The notes below the pieces were generated by a model. The model saw only the letters and a list, made by a program, of their open reading frames with translations. It did not search any database and was not told where the DNA came from. Below, in pieces: positions 25,868 through 39,694 of a stretch of 64,000 nt of DNA; position 1 is the first letter of the stretch, and each line of letters starts with the position of its first letter. A program made the position numbers and the translations under genes. Source of the DNA: the human T2T-CHM13v2.0 reference genome, Homo sapiens; assembly GCF_009914755.1 (NCBI RefSeq), contig NC_060929.1, one strand, 5' to 3'.

Positions 25868-26294
25868 AGGGAGAGCTTATTCTTTACTTTTTTCTGCTTC
25901 CAACATTTATTATCTATTTTTCACTATATTCATTCTTTGTTTCCCCTCACCCCACCCTTTCCACTCCCCACCCACCACCGCCTTCAACCAACTAATCCTA
26001 CCACATAACGTTTTTCTTTGGAACGTCCCCATCTTGGCCACTGTAATCAATTCTTCCTCAACCCCAGGATTTTTCTTCAAGACCCAATTGTACTTAAGGA
26101 CAAACTATCACATCAGAAGCACAGTGTTTCTATTCAGTATTGTCCTAGATCTGTTGTGTGTTGTATAAACAGACTTAACTTCTCTTTGCTTTTTTTCAAA
26201 TAGAATTGGCTCAGGTCGGGCAGGAATATTTGCATACAATTTCAAGTGTGTAAGAGATAGTTTTTGGATGAAAGATATTTAAGGAAGTCATGTG

Positions 26295-26790
26295 GCATTT
26301 AGTGAGCATTTACTATGTGCTGGGCAATGCGCTACAACATTTTCTACTCATTGTCTCATTAAATTTTTAAAATAATTTTAAGAGGGAGATCAAATGATCC
26401 CCGCTTAATAGACTGGGAAGCTGAGGCTGAGGGTTGAAGTCCCTAGCCCAAGATCTCCCAGCAGGAGAGTGATGGTACTGAGATTGGTCTCCACGTGTGA
26501 TTATATGGAGCTGGCAGACATAGCACTATAAGGCACTGCTGCCTTCACCCGGGAAGCTTTCCCTGATCTCCTATCTGCGCTCTCAGTGCCACGTGGCTCC
26601 CCCGTTCCAGGATGTATGACACTATGTTGCAGTCGCTTGTGTAGTCTTCTGCCTCCTCAGCTAGACTCTGAGCCCGAGGAAGGCAGGGACTGTGTCTTTT
26701 CTGTTCACTGCTGTATCATCACACCTGACACAGGACTGATACTGAGTGGGTGCCTGCAAATGTATATTAACTGAATGAATGAATAGATGA
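26295..26790. mobile_element. MIR (-, ~26295-26510) followed by an L2 3' end (+, ~26540-26790)
   Basis: GAGCATTTACTATGTGCTGGGC...GAAGCTGAGGCT; GAAGGCAGGGACTGTGTC...ACTGAATGAATGAAT. Confidence 0.7.
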
Positions 26791-27019
26791 GTATAATGGG
26801 CATTTGTATGGCTCCAAGCATTCACCTTGAATCTAAGGGGAAGGAAAATGATATGCTTCTCACCAGTAGCAAATTCCTCTGCTACCAAGGAAGCCTTGGG
26901 AAAAGAAAGGAAAAAGGAAGTGGGAGAGCCTGAGTGGATTTCAACTGGAAAAATGAGGCAACAGGATATATTATTTAATTTGAAAAAGAAGTGGGAAAAG
27001 AGTTGCATGCCATGTATTT

Positions 27020-27535
27020 GTTTCCAATCAATCCAACATTTATCCAATTTTAGTCTTTTGTATCTTTGTGATTGTTGTCATATCTGTGAATCACCTATAA
27101 TATTATTTGCTTAATATTTTCCTTAACATTGGCCCACCTTTCAAAACATACATGTATTTATTTTAAAAGGAATCTTCATACTACAATAAATGGGAAGCCA
27201 TTATCACTTGCTTTAAAAAGTAGATGACCTGAAAATAAGTATAACAAAAACAGAAGAAGCAATTACATTCTAGCTGATACTGTTTCCTGCTAAAGGACCA
27301 GGGCTGCGGACTGCTTTTTTGTTTAACAAGGATGATTAAGAAAGTGGTAGGACAGGGTTAAAGACACACTAGCACCAAACTGAGGCTTCTTCCTTTCTAA
27401 TGAGAAGAATTTAAAGAGGATTGGAAAGTAAATAACTTCCTCACTAAATGACTTAATGTGATTTAATGTGTCTGTGTCTTAAAATCATCTCCTGTACCAT
27501 GTAAAGTCATTGTTACATTGATTGGAAAATGCTGA
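27020..27535. mobile_element. Old hAT-Charlie-like DNA transposon fragment
   Basis: AAAGACACACTAGCACCAAACTGAGGCTTC...TAAAATCATCTC...GTACCA resembles Charlie-family sequence; subfamily uncertain. Confidence 0.4.
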
Positions 27536-29854
27536 ATAGGTGGAAGTAGGCCTGCTCTCCTTGGGTGTGATATCTTAGACAATTCTGCTAAAAGCTATCT
27601 TTCTCTTGAAAAACAGAGGATGGTTTATTTCTTCCTGTCTTCACTCACAGCTCCGTTCCTGTGAGGGAAGGGAGAGAAGAGGACAGAGGCAAGCTGCCAA
27701 TTGTCAGTGTCCTTCAGTTCGGAGCCACCTCTGCTCCAAGTCTTAAGAGGCTCCCCCGAGGCCATCACCTGGAGGTGAGCAGCCACCCCAGGCTGGAGCA
27801 GGTAAATCAGGGGGTCTGGGAACCTCTGCAAACAAAGAAAATCTACTTGAAGTCACCTTTTCAGCCTAGAACATTTTATTCTAGTGAAATCTCTCTCCTG
27901 CCCCAATTCACTCACTGCGAAAACCAACATAATTTATCTTCTGGAGGGAAGGGTGCAGACTTCAGCGTGGGTTTTTTTTTTTTTGGCTCAAGCAACAGCT
28001 CAGCCTAAATCATTGGAAGAAAAAGTTGGGGAAAGAAGGCTAGAGCAAGTTGCCAAATTGCAAGTTTGGAAATAAAATCAACATGGGCATTATCTTAAAG
28101 GTTAGGGAGAAGATGGCCCCAGTGTTCTTGAGAGCCAGGAAAGGTTTCCTATCAATGTTCTCTTTGCCCCATTTCTTTTGGAATCACAGACATTTTTTTC
28201 TTTTATGAGCCTTAGGATCAGGAGATCTTGCAGTTCTGGATGCCCCCTTTTAGGAAGTGAGGAGGCTAATATTTGCTGAACACTATGTGCCTGGAAGGGT
28301 GCAGGGCATACCCCCCATTGTTCTCATCTTCTCAATAACCCAAAGAGGTAGGGGAAGGGTCAGCCACATCTCACAGATCAGAAACACCTTGTCCAAGGTC
28401 ACACAGACTCTAAATAGCAGAGCCAGGACTGGACTGCACTATCCTGATTCTGAAACCTATGTTATTTATATTGCTACCCTCCAAGGATCATGGGAATAGA
28501 ACTAGAGATTTAAAAGGAATGTTGATGCCTCTATTTAATGTTCTGCCACACAGGATCTGCTCCAGAGTCCCAAAAGATTCATCTTCTATGTGACTCATTG
28601 TCCTGTGGAGCCAACCCATTTTACTGATGAAGGACATAATTGTTAACGGACTTTTACTGAAGTGAGCATTACCTTTTTTCTTATGCTCCATGGACATCTC
28701 ATCAAGGACCCTTGAAGTGAGGTTACCATTCTTAGCTCCCACAGCGAAGAGATCTCAGGAGACTGGACACTGAAGAATCTCATCTTGTATAAAGACAGAC
28801 CAAGGTATGATGGTTTTCCTTTCAAACCTATAATCCTTATGGGATTCATTCCATTCTTTTCCTGCTGCCAGGATATTTAACAAGTATTTCCCTGACAAAG
28901 GAAGACATTCATTGCAGAGCAGATGAGAGGACTCCAAGGTGACTTATTTAGGCCATGCAGGGGTGAAAGGCCTATGTTAGGTCAGGCCAAAGGTGCTCAC
29001 TCCCTGAGATGGGCAAACAGCTTGGCTAAGACACCAAGAGATCACAGCCTTCTCATTAAGGCTCTGTGCAGATGGTGGTACCCACCCTTCCTGCATGTGG
29101 TGTTTGTCTGCAGAGGCTGAGAACATGCTAGGGCAAAAGCCAGATGCCTGGGATTTCCCAGGCTGTCTGTCCAGTGAGTAATAGTCCGTTCTCAGGGGCT
29201 GCTGGGTGCTGCAGAGGATGTTTCTGGTGAAGAGAGGCTAAAGGGAGGAGACCCGGGTTTTTGTTCTTTGTCCTAATTTATTCTGTTATCTTGGTCCAGA
29301 CCTTCCTCTCTGGCCTTTAGTTTCATTTTCCCTAAGAAGGAGATTTCAGTACTAGCTCTTTCAGACCCTGAAAAAAAGAAACACACACTACGTCTCCATC
29401 CTTCATTGGCTACTTACAATGTGCAGCCATGGGGTAAGCACAGGAGCTGCATGCCCTCCGCTGGAGTGAAAAGCATCGTCAGTATTTGCTCCCTGGGGCT
29501 TGCCAGCTCCCCTTCTCTGGCTTCTGACTGTTGGGTTCAATTCATGGCCACTCTCTGCCCTCCTCCCTGATCCCTGGTGGTGGCCCATGACTACAGTTGT
29601 TTGATACCGGCTGTGCCACCTCTGGGAGATGTTCTGGTCTTGGTGCTAAGACTTATAAGCTGGGCCTGGGTACTGTTTGACCTGGGGTCCTGGAATGACC
29701 ACTTAGTGGGTGCATTGCTTAAGCAGGTTTCCTAACTTACAGATTTATTTTCTTCTTTTAAGATTTCCCCCTTTTTATATCTAAGGGTTGTTGTGAACCT
29801 GAACATGAGATGAAAAATGAGGAGGCTGTTTGTAAAGAATCCTGAAAATATGAG

Positions 29855-30085
29855 ACAGTGCAGTGGGGGTGATTAGGAATGAAGATCTGGCTGGGACAGA
29901 CTGCCTGGGTTTGAATCTTGTCCCTGTTGCTTCTGAGCTTGTGACGGGGGACAAGTAACCTAACCTTACTGTCTGAGTAAGAGGGTGCTAGTACTCACCT
30001 CACAGGACTTTTATGAGGATTAACATTTATCTACAGTAAGTACTGAGAACAGAGCTTGACATAGAGCTAGAACTCAATAAAAACT
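29855..30085 (+). mobile_element. MIR
   Basis: CAGACTGCCTGGGTTTGAATC...ACCTCACAGGACTTTTATGAGGATTAA...CTCAATAAA. Confidence 0.8.
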
Positions 30086-30394
30086 GTTCTTGCCCTTACT
30101 GTTGTGTTTTTATTACTGTTAGTGTGGGCTGCAGCCTATGTAGAGAGGGAATCTTAAGTGGAGGTAGAGAGGGATGAAGCAGGCAAGACTTCCTGAAGGA
30201 GGAAGGCTTTAGCTGGTTTTTGGAGTCTGGCTAGAGGGAAATTCTAGAGGGAAGGGTGTAAACAAATGCCAAAATTGGAATGTTGGCAGCGTTGGAGAGA
30301 GAAAGATGCCCCAGGGAGAGATTTAGCTCAGCAATACTGAGTTATTGAGTGAGTACAGCTTTTCTTCTGCGGCTCACACGTATGTGTGGGATGC

Positions 30395-30750
30395 TGCTAT
30401 GGTCTGAATGTGCCTTCCCAAAACTCCTATGTTGAAACTTAATTTTCAATCTGATAGTATTAAGAGGTGGGGGCTTTTGGGAAGTAAGTCATGAGGGCTC
30501 TGCCCTCATGCATGGGATTAGCATCCTTTAAAAGAGGCTGAAGGGAGCCTGTTTGTCCCTTCCACCACGTGGGGACACAGCTAGAATGCACTGTCTTTGA
30601 AGCATTGAGCAGGCCCTCACCAGACACCAAATCTGCTGGTTCCTGGATCTTGGACTTCCCAGCCTCATAACTGTAAGCAGTACATTTCTGTTGTTTATAA
30701 GTTACCCAGTCTATGGTAATGCATTATAGCAGGCTAAACAGACTAAGACA
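30395..30750 (+). mobile_element. MLT1A-type MaLR solo LTR
   Basis: TGCTATGGTCTGAATG...GGCCCTCACCAGACACCAAATCTGCTGG...GACTAAGACA with TG...CA ends. Confidence 0.9.
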
Positions 30751-33539
30751 GGGGTCTTTTCGCTTTACTCAGTTGAAGTCAGGCTCTCTCTGACCCCATT
30801 TGGGGGGAAATGTGGAGCAGGAGGAGAGCAAGGGCTTTGCATTCAGACAGACCTAGGTTTGAATGCCGGCTTTGCTCCTCACTGGCAGAGAGTCTTTGAG
30901 TTAATTATTAATCTTAACCTCCTTGAGTCTCAGTTTTCTCACTTGTAGAGATGTTGAGGGAATTAATTTAAAAGAAAAGATTCTTCTCTCCTTCTTTCCC
31001 CACTTCCTCTCTCGCGCCTTCCTTCTTTCTCATCCCCACCTCTCTCCATTCACTCTCTGGAAGAGAGAATCTCTGGCTGCTCCTACAGCTGCCACACATG
31101 AGCACAGCTGGTTGCCAACTCTGGCAGGGTGCCAGGGAGATGGTGCCACGGGAAAAAATTGTAAGTGCCATTGGAACAAGGAGAATTTCATAGAATTAGA
31201 AAGGTCCAAAAGGTAGCTTTTTAATATGGGTCACAAGCAGGCTGACTTGTAAGAATTTTGTTTTGCTGTGTTCTTTGTTACACTCTCCCAGAGTTTTAGC
31301 CAGGTGACAGTGTGAGCAGCTTAGCACCTTTGCCATCTGCCCACCCATTATGTATGTGTGTAAACTGCCTCAGTCACTTAAATTTGTGCACTCTGATACA
31401 GCTCATTCTTCTTAGAGACAAGGAAGCTGAGGTTGAGAGAGTAGGAGTGACTTGCCCAAGGCCATGCAGGGGCTGGGCTAGACACCTGCCTCCTTAAACC
31501 TGAGCTCTTTTCCTCACACAGAAAACGGTGTCAAAAGCAGTGGGATAGGTGTTGGGATGTGGGAAGATGCTTTGCAGTAAAAAGGGAATTTGTCTTATAG
31601 GTGAGGTCAATTTTTCTTAGATTGTTTTGACTGTTCGGTCCAGAATGAGAGTTCCTTTTTTGGATTATGTTCATAAAATCCTGCTGATTGGATGATTCTC
31701 ACCATCCTTTTAGGCTTGATGAAAAAGATTAAAAAAAATCACAGGTGCTGAGTTTTCCTGAGAAACTGTGGCTTCAGTTCCCTTACTTCCTTCAGGGCCC
31801 CTCCCAAGGGTGAGTTTTTAAGCATGATGAATTATTGTGGTCAGTTGCGGCAGCATGCCATGCCCAGGGGAGTAGAGCCCTCCGCTCCTTGGCCAGCCTG
31901 CGTCTCTCCAGCAGGCCAACCTGCTGCACGCGTTCCTGCACAGACACTGTCGCTGCTGCAGCATTTCCTCTGTCCCAACAGAGGCATCACAAATCTCCGA
32001 GAGGAACGCATCCACTTCCTGGCCTGGTAGAGCGGAGAGCAGAGGTGGGTATTGCAGAGAGTTGGGAGAAATTGCTTCTGGTTGCCTGGAGCTTGAATTA
32101 CCTCCACTGGACTTGGTTGTTAGGTTTTGCATTGTTTCCTATAGGATGAGCTCAATTGGAGGCTGTACTAGAGACACACTTGGGGCTCTGGTCATTCTGT
32201 CCCATAGACACAGCCAACTCTTTGCTATTTTTTTAGCAAGTGTTTCTTGAGCCTCTAATCTCATGCTATAAGCTTTAGGGGATACAGAATTGGCAGATAA
32301 GTTTCTGTCTTCCATAGTTACCTTCTAGTTGAAGAACATGTACCAAAGTTAAATAATGTTATAAGCCTATGGGAGAGACATCACTAGGTAGACATCAATG
32401 TATACAGTAAATGTTTATTAACTGCCTACTCTATACTGTGAGCTAGGCGTTGGTTTATCATCAGCTGAAGTTCACTGGTCAGGGTGCACAAGGGTTCTGG
32501 AAAAAGGAAAAATCTCAGTAGGGTGCTAAGTTTTATTATTCTAATAGCAACAAATATTTATTTATCCCCTGCATGGTATTAAATGTATTATGTAGATACA
32601 AATATTATCTTGTGGAGGAGGGACAATCACCATCTCACTTTACAGGTGGGCCCAGGAGTCCAAGAACTTCCCCTAAGGCTGCTAGTCGGTGAGTGGCAGA
32701 GCTGAGATCAAACCCCATATCTATCTGACTCCAAGGTAGCAATCCCTAAAGGCTTGGCTCTTCTGATGGGAACTGAGCTGGAATTTGAAGAACAAGCAGA
32801 TCCAAGAAGGAAAGATTCTCATGGGTTGAATAGCCTCAGAGCTTTGAACTTTGCTAAATATTACAAGGTTCCCCTCCATTCTTAAGATAAAAGAAAACTG
32901 GTACCAACATAACCTTCTAAATGGCCCTTCCAGATGGGCCAGCTGTTCAAAGCAAGGACATTACCTTCTCCATTATTACACTTATTCCTGTAGAAGAACA
33001 AGCAAGAACTGACTCCATCTTCCCAAATGCATTTTCTCTATATGCCATATTAGGTCCTGTAGGCTGCCTCCTCCGCCCAGGTGCTACCTGCATGAACTTG
33101 ATATGAGCTTTATTAGGACTTAATTTCTTTATAATTGGATATGATAATTACCTTTGAGGTGTAGTGAAGATCAAATAAGATAATATTAAATACACAGTTT
33201 CTAGAACAGAGGAAGTACTCAAATAAATTTGCTTTGCTTAATTATTACTCTACATTATATTTTGCTTATATTTCGACCTCCTTGCCAGACTCTAACCTTC
33301 CCATGGTATTTTTTTAACCTCCTGAAATCTAATTTGAGGCCTGAAATACAGTATGAGGCAAAACTGATTGAACATCTAAGAAGGGGTTTTCATATTCACA
33401 TTGGGTGATGCTGAGTAGGAGTTCAGTTAGCCATTAACTTCCTGTGTGTCAATTACATTTTTGTTTGTTCACTTTTCACTCGTACTCCCTCTCACCAATC
33501 ATCAACTCATTTCCTACTAGGGATGAATAATGGTGCCAG

Positions 33540-34380
33540 GAATTAAAAAGAATTTATAATGGAGATGTTTAAAACTACAAAAAAGTAGAGAGAATAATAT
33601 AATATTATTACCCAGTTTTAACAATTGTCAACATTTTGCTAATCTTGCTTTAACCATTTTTTTAAACTGGAGTGTTTTAAAGTCAATGCCAGAATCACGT
33701 CATTCTACTTATAAATACTTCATATGTAGCTTTAACTAATAAGGACTTTGGATTCTTTGTGCCTAGCTGCATTTCCAATAATCCTGAGTAGCACTGGTAA
33801 CCAGTCATACTTACACTTCCCAGATTGATTCAAAAATTGCCTTTTAATAATTGCTTCATTGAAATCAGGATTTAAACAAGGTTCATGCATTGTATTGGTT
33901 AATTATGTCTCTTAAGTCTCCTTTATTTTTTAATAGTGTCCCTTCTCCCCACCTTTTAATACCATTGGCTTGTTAGAGAAATTGGTTCTTTTGTAGATTA
34001 TGAATTTAGTTGATTACTTCTTCCTGCTATTATTTAAGTTTTTCTTTTATCCCTTCTTGTTATTTAAGTTGTTCTTTTATCCCCAGTATTTCCTATAAAG
34101 TGGCAGTAAGTTTAGAGTATGATTATATTCAGGCTCCATTTTTTCAGCTAGATGACTTCGAACATATTGTGAGTATTGTACTTCCTTTTCTACCACATTC
34201 TGGGTGTGTAATGTCAAGTCTTCCTAATCTGCATGATGTCAGTCTGGTCCCACCACGGCAAAGTTCTCCAGTCAACCTTTCACCTAATGAGTTTGGCATG
34301 CCCTGATCATCCTGTCTAGGTCCATCTTTTCATTAGTGGTTGCAAAATGGTGATTTTTCTAACTCTTTTGTTCTTTCCAG
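33540..34380 (-). mobile_element. Old L1MC-like 3' fragment
   Basis: AAAAGTAGAGAGAATAATATAA...AACAAGGTTCATGCATTG...TGCAAAATGGTGATTTTTCTAACTC. Confidence 0.6.
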
Positions 34381-36718
34381 GCCTTTTGTTTTTCAGGCCA
34401 TCTTTGATTTCCTCTTCTATCCTAATCTTTTTTTCTTTTTTAACAGAACCTAGGAACATTCAAATGTGGACATGAATGGGGGTTACCAAATTTAGTTTGT
34501 GGATTGGAGCTGGACTGGCTACATAAAAATCAATGTGATCTTCATAGATGTACAGATTTCAGGATTCCACTCCTGTGGATTCTGACTCAAGAGGTGGGGA
34601 GAAAGAATAGGAAGGATTCTTTGTTTTTAAATCAAGTTGCTAAAATGTAGCCAGGCCAAAAGAGGGGGAGTTTTAAAATCCACCATCTAATATTGCAAGA
34701 GATGAAGTTTGCTACCACACTTGCATGTCCTTTCTGAATAGGACATAGGTTGGGGACAGGAGGGGTGAGAGGAACTGAAATGAATGGGGAATGTCCCATG
34801 GATATTGTGGCCTCCATACTGCCCCTTACTTGGAATTTGTAGCTACACTTTCTTTGGTTGATCCTGGTCTCCCTCATTGCATGAACCTCAGAAGCTTCAA
34901 ATTGTAACAGTGTATGATTCCTTTGTACCTCTTTCCAGTCTAGATCTAATTACTACAAGCTGTTGGGACTTCAGCATGATGACAGAGGATTTTCTAGGAT
35001 TATGCTCAACATGTGACATTCAATTACTGTGCCTCAGGAGGGTGGAGGTTAGCTAGGCAGGGAACTGGTAGGGATGGATGGGATTTCCAGATATGGATGT
35101 CAAGGGGCTCAATTTCTGGGGACGCTAGAGTCATGCTGCCTAAACTTTAGTGCCAGCTTGTTAAAAAGAAAATGCTGGAATCACAAATCTGACCATAGGT
35201 TTCAGTATGTCTAGGAAAGAACCCAGGAGTTAGCATTTTTAACAACCTCAGTATTTAAAAGGATTAAATAAAGACTGCTCTGGTGGAAACAGGCATGGAT
35301 TTAGTCCATTCAGCATAACCGCTTGCTTCTCTCATCAGACTTTGGGATGTCTGCCTCCTGACATCCATGCACAGCCCCAGGCTTTCATAAAACCACTTTG
35401 AAAACCACTGGGCGGGGTGATGGCTGAAGTTTCTTCCCACTCTGACATTCAGTGATTCTGGGTTTGATCATGTGGAAGGGCCATGATAGTGCTCTCATCC
35501 TCGCCAATACTGCCACATGACTCAGGCCCGGCCAGCAGAACTCTCCCTCCCCTCATTCACAGTGAAAGGTTCAGAGGAGAGCTTGTAGCCCAGTTCAAGC
35601 TTGAGTCTCCTCTAAGAGGAGTAAGAGCCTCTTCTCTTACTATCTCAGTGTTGTAAGAGAGAGGATCTTGCTTGTCTTCTCAGATGAACATGAACACAGA
35701 CCCAAATGCTAGGTAGCTCTCTTCTAATGAACTTACAGGAGTGAGAATGCTGTAAGGCACCTCATCCTGCTGAGAAGAAATCTAACTTAAATGCATGTCT
35801 GCTGATGGGGTGAGGGGGTGGGGTGGAGCTTTTCACATTCCTACTTTGAACAATGCATGGTGCTGGGTGTTATGGAGTAAGGTAGACACAACTCCTTCTT
35901 CAAGGAACTTATTTATTTGGGGAGATTCTGACATATGAAAAATCAATGAATTAACAATATATGGCAGTATGGAGTGCAAAATTGATGCCATAAACAGAGA
36001 AGAGACTTTTGAGGAATACACTCATAAAGCTTGAAGAATGGATTGAATTTATTATTACTGTTCATAAAAAGGGATATATCATACATATATATACATATGC
36101 ACACATAGTTGTTTATTAGAAAACACAGGTGCTGTGTCTTTTACAGAGATTTAATTCACATAGTATAAGAGGAAATCTATTAGGGCACATCACTGAGAAT
36201 TTCAGGGATCATTCCAGCTTTAGTCATGGCTGGATCCTGAAGATCAATGTCATTAGGGCTCTCTCTTCACTTCCTGGCTCTGTTTTCTGATCTGTCTTGC
36301 CTTCATTCTAAGAAAGGATTTCTCCATATACTGGAAGCAGCATAATAAATCTCCCAATAATTCTTGGCTAATTATGGTCTTTTTAGCTTAACATCCCAGA
36401 GGACAAGCAAGCTCCTCTTCCTTACAATGCTCAGATAGTAAGTCTTAGAGGAGACGCAAGCTCCTCTGGGCCATGAGCTCTCCTCTGAACCATTCACTGT
36501 GCACGAGGGGAGGGAGGGCTCTGCTGGCCTAGCCTGAGTCATGTGGCAGTATTGGTGGGGATGAGAGCACTATCATCGCCCTGCCACAACTGTTTGGGTG
36601 GAATGGATTGTTCCTCAAAGGACAAGTAGGAGGCAGGCATGCAAATTCAATAGCTTTCTTCCCAAAACATGGAAATAAGAAAGAACAAAAATCACAGGTA
36701 ATCTAACACAGAGGAGGT

Positions 36719-36767
36719 GCACACACACACACACACACACACACACTCATAACACACACATACACAC
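36719..36767. repeat. (CA)n microsatellite
   Basis: About 14 perfect CA units plus a degenerate extension. Confidence 0.95.
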
Positions 36768-37135
36768 TTGTGTGTATCCAGAAAGATGTTCATGCTACTT
36801 TAAGTGAAAAACTATAATAGAAACAGTTTATACAACAATATCTCATTAAAACTTTTAGTGCATTTATTTTATTTGAATTTGCATAAATATGTGTGTTGAA
36901 AATATGAAACTGAAATGTACTATTTATTGTATAGAGTTTTCCCCTTGACAATCATGAACATAATTCCTTGTCATTAAATAACATCCTATGCTACTCTTCT
37001 CAGGCCTGTGTTGTGTTAGGTGGTTGTAGAGTGATTTGGCTGATACCTGGATTCATTTAGGAAAGCTGGGCAGCATTACTAGAGCAGGCGTTGGGATCTG
37101 CTGTCCCTGCTTACTGGTACTTTAGGTCAGAGGAT

Positions 37136-37205
37136 GTCTATCTGGCATCTCCTTTCTGGGTCCTTTCCAAGTCTATCTGGCATCTCCTTTTCGGGTCCTT
37201 TCCAA
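37136..37205. repeat. 35-bp tandem duplication
   Basis: GTCTATCTGGCATCTCCTTT(CT/TC)GGGTCCTTTCCAA twice, 33/35 identical. Confidence 0.9.
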
Positions 37206-37889
37206 AGGGACCCAGCCACTCAGTCCCAAGCAAGCTTCGGGAGTTGAGTGGGACCTTTAAGCAGGAGTGTATCGTCTACTTTTGAAATAGGAATCTCAAG
37301 GCCCAGGCATTTATATATAGCCTTTGTTTCAGCAGCCCCATGTGTAGCTGGCATTTCTGGGGTCAAGGCAGAAAAGATCAGGGACAAGTAAAAGCTGCAG
37401 GAATTTATTGAAGGAAAGTAGGTTGTTTCAAAGCTGAGGTTTGGATTTGGGCTTGATAGTAAACTAGCATGACTCCAGAGAAGCTGCGTGCACACCAAGG
37501 CTGCTGTTGTCTCATCTCCCTGGTGGAACTGTTGCAGATGAAGCACCTGCAGATGACATGGACGAGGGGAGGGAAGCACATTCAGGCTGAGATGATTGCC
37601 TTTGCAGTGGCCTCACTGACAGCGCTGCAGCTCCAGTGGAAGGTCTCTCGGGCACTTTGTTGGCCTAGTGGAGGGCACAGTTTTGGTGAGTCCCCCTGCT
37701 TCACTTCTGGGGAAGACTGACCTATTCACTAAGACGCTCTACCCAACACACACAGTGAGGCACTTAGAGAAACTGGGGTGCTTCTTCTCAACCTCAGAGT
37801 AGTGCCTTCCAAACTAAAAAAATGTAAAGAAGAGAAGAAAAAATAATAGGTAGGAGGTGGGTCCCTTTCTTTAAAGGAAATTGTACTTG

Positions 37890-38140
37890 GGTAGAAGAAC
37901 ACAGGGTTGCTGGTAAAGGCCCTGTGGGTAAGTCTACCTGGGTGTGACTCCTGCTCCACTTCCTGCTGGATGGCTTTGAACAAGCGACTTAACCTTTCTC
38001 ACCCTCAGTTTCCTCATCTCTATAATGGGAAAAAGACTAACAGCTACCTCACAGTCTCTTGGGAGTATTAAGTACGATGATGCACATTAAAAATACTCAC
38101 ATATAACCTGGTATTAAGTGCTCAATAAATGTTAGCTGAC
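37890..38140 (+). mobile_element. MIR
   Basis: CTTAACCTTTCTCACCCTCAGTTTCCTCATCTCTATAATGGG...GTGCTCAATAAATGTTAGCT. Confidence 0.85.
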
Positions 38141-38348
38141 ACTATTAACAGATTTTAGGGAAAAACACAGACTTGCCTTGATTGGAGCAGAGGTAAGAAT
38201 CCTGCCTTTTCTTGTCACTGTCACATTTTTGGAGTCTTAGGGATCTAAGGAGTTTGAAAGTTACTTTGTAGAACATTGTATATTATACACATATAGTTAC
38301 ACATGGAAAGAGGAACAAGCCATACTAGCATGTCATATTAGAAATTGT

Positions 38349-38565
38349 AGCTTGGGCAACATAATGAGAGCCTGACTGTACAAAGAAAAAAATAAAAAAA
38401 AATTAGCTGGATGTGGTGGCACATGCTTGTAGTCCCAGCTACTCAGGAAGCTGAGGTGGGAGGATCGCTGGAGCCTGGAAGGTTGAGGCTGCAGTGAGCT
38501 GTGATCAACCACTATGCTTTGGCCTGGGTGACAGAGCGAGACCCTGTTGAAAAAAATAAATAAAA
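38349..38565 (+). mobile_element. 5'-truncated AluJ
   Basis: GGGCAACAT...GAGGTGGGAGGATCGCTGGAGCC...GAGGCTGCAGTGAGCTGTGATC plus A tail. Confidence 0.9.
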
Positions 38566-39694
38566 GTGCACTAAACTGGAACTATGAGTCCTGCATTCTA
38601 GTCTTGATTCTGTAATAAACTCACTTCAAGGCTTTGAGTCACTTCACTTCTCTGGGCCTCAGTTTTCCCATTTCAAAAATGGACTGTTAGGTAGCTGGTC
38701 TTTAGACTATATCCTGGTGAACTGAGGTTTCAGAGAGGTGCTGGTGATTGCTAGGGGATTGGAGGAGATTATAGGATTACACTAATTATAACCAGCTTTG
38801 CTAGCTGCTTTCTGAGGGTTCTTGCATCTCTTGTATAGTACAACACGAGACTAGGAATCCAAGAGGCAATTCTGCTTTCTTATCATAGCATTGTTATGAT
38901 GGTGGCTTGTATAATCTCATTTTAAAGATGAACCACATCAGACTCAAAGGGCTCAAGCAGTAGGCCCAAAGACCAGTAGCTGGTGCCAAGCCTTGATATG
39001 TATTCTGGAAAAACACTCCTATTCCAGTGCTCATTTCACCCCATTGCTTTACCTTTTGTAACTCCTGGACACTGCATTTTATAAAATGGAGCTGACACAG
39101 GCTGGGTGAATTCAGTCTTCCTGATAAGCCACCCATCTTAAAATAACACCATCTCACTGTGCTCACATCTCAGATACATTTGTCACAAAAGGAGGGCAGA
39201 TAGACATCCAGCCTTCATTTGACCTTTAAATCACCTCCTTTTTATCAGCTGTGGCTGATCAGCTGCTCTTTTTGAGAGCAGGTGGGTCGACATAAGATTG
39301 ATTGGTTTTCTCTGCAGGGGAGTAACTTGGCCCTTTCCAACCCTCTGACCTGCAGAGGCCCTCTGAGCTCTGAGATCCTCGGCAAGAAACAAGAACATAG
39401 ATTAACAAGGCAGAATGAGGGGCCTCTGTGCCTGGATGCAGGACAAGAAGAGAATAACCAGTGAGAACTCGGAAAGAAGACCAGCCCTTGGGACTTGCAC
39501 AAGTCCTTTAGTTTATCCTGTCCCCAAATCCTAGGGTGTTTGTGACAATCAAATAAGAAGTTACGTAAGTAGATAGAAACTTGTCAGCCCAGTATGGGCC
39601 AATGCAGGAAGTTTTGGACTTGGAAGACATTGTGTTGTGGGGGAAAAAGTGTGAGCTTTGGATCCAGTACCAAAGATGGGTTTGAATCTCAGCC

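Noticed and set aside
25581-26168. Longest ORF (195 aa)
   Set aside because: Antisense reading of an L1 3'UTR running into flank; the same artefact as 17461-17850
37136-37205. 35-bp repeats as a CRISPR-like array
   Set aside because: Only two adjacent copies, no spacer, eukaryotic context
37660-37680. CTCF-like CTAGTGGAGGGCAC (and CCTGGAGGGGAGC at ~985)
   Set aside because: Mismatches at key core positions; not supportable without ChIP data
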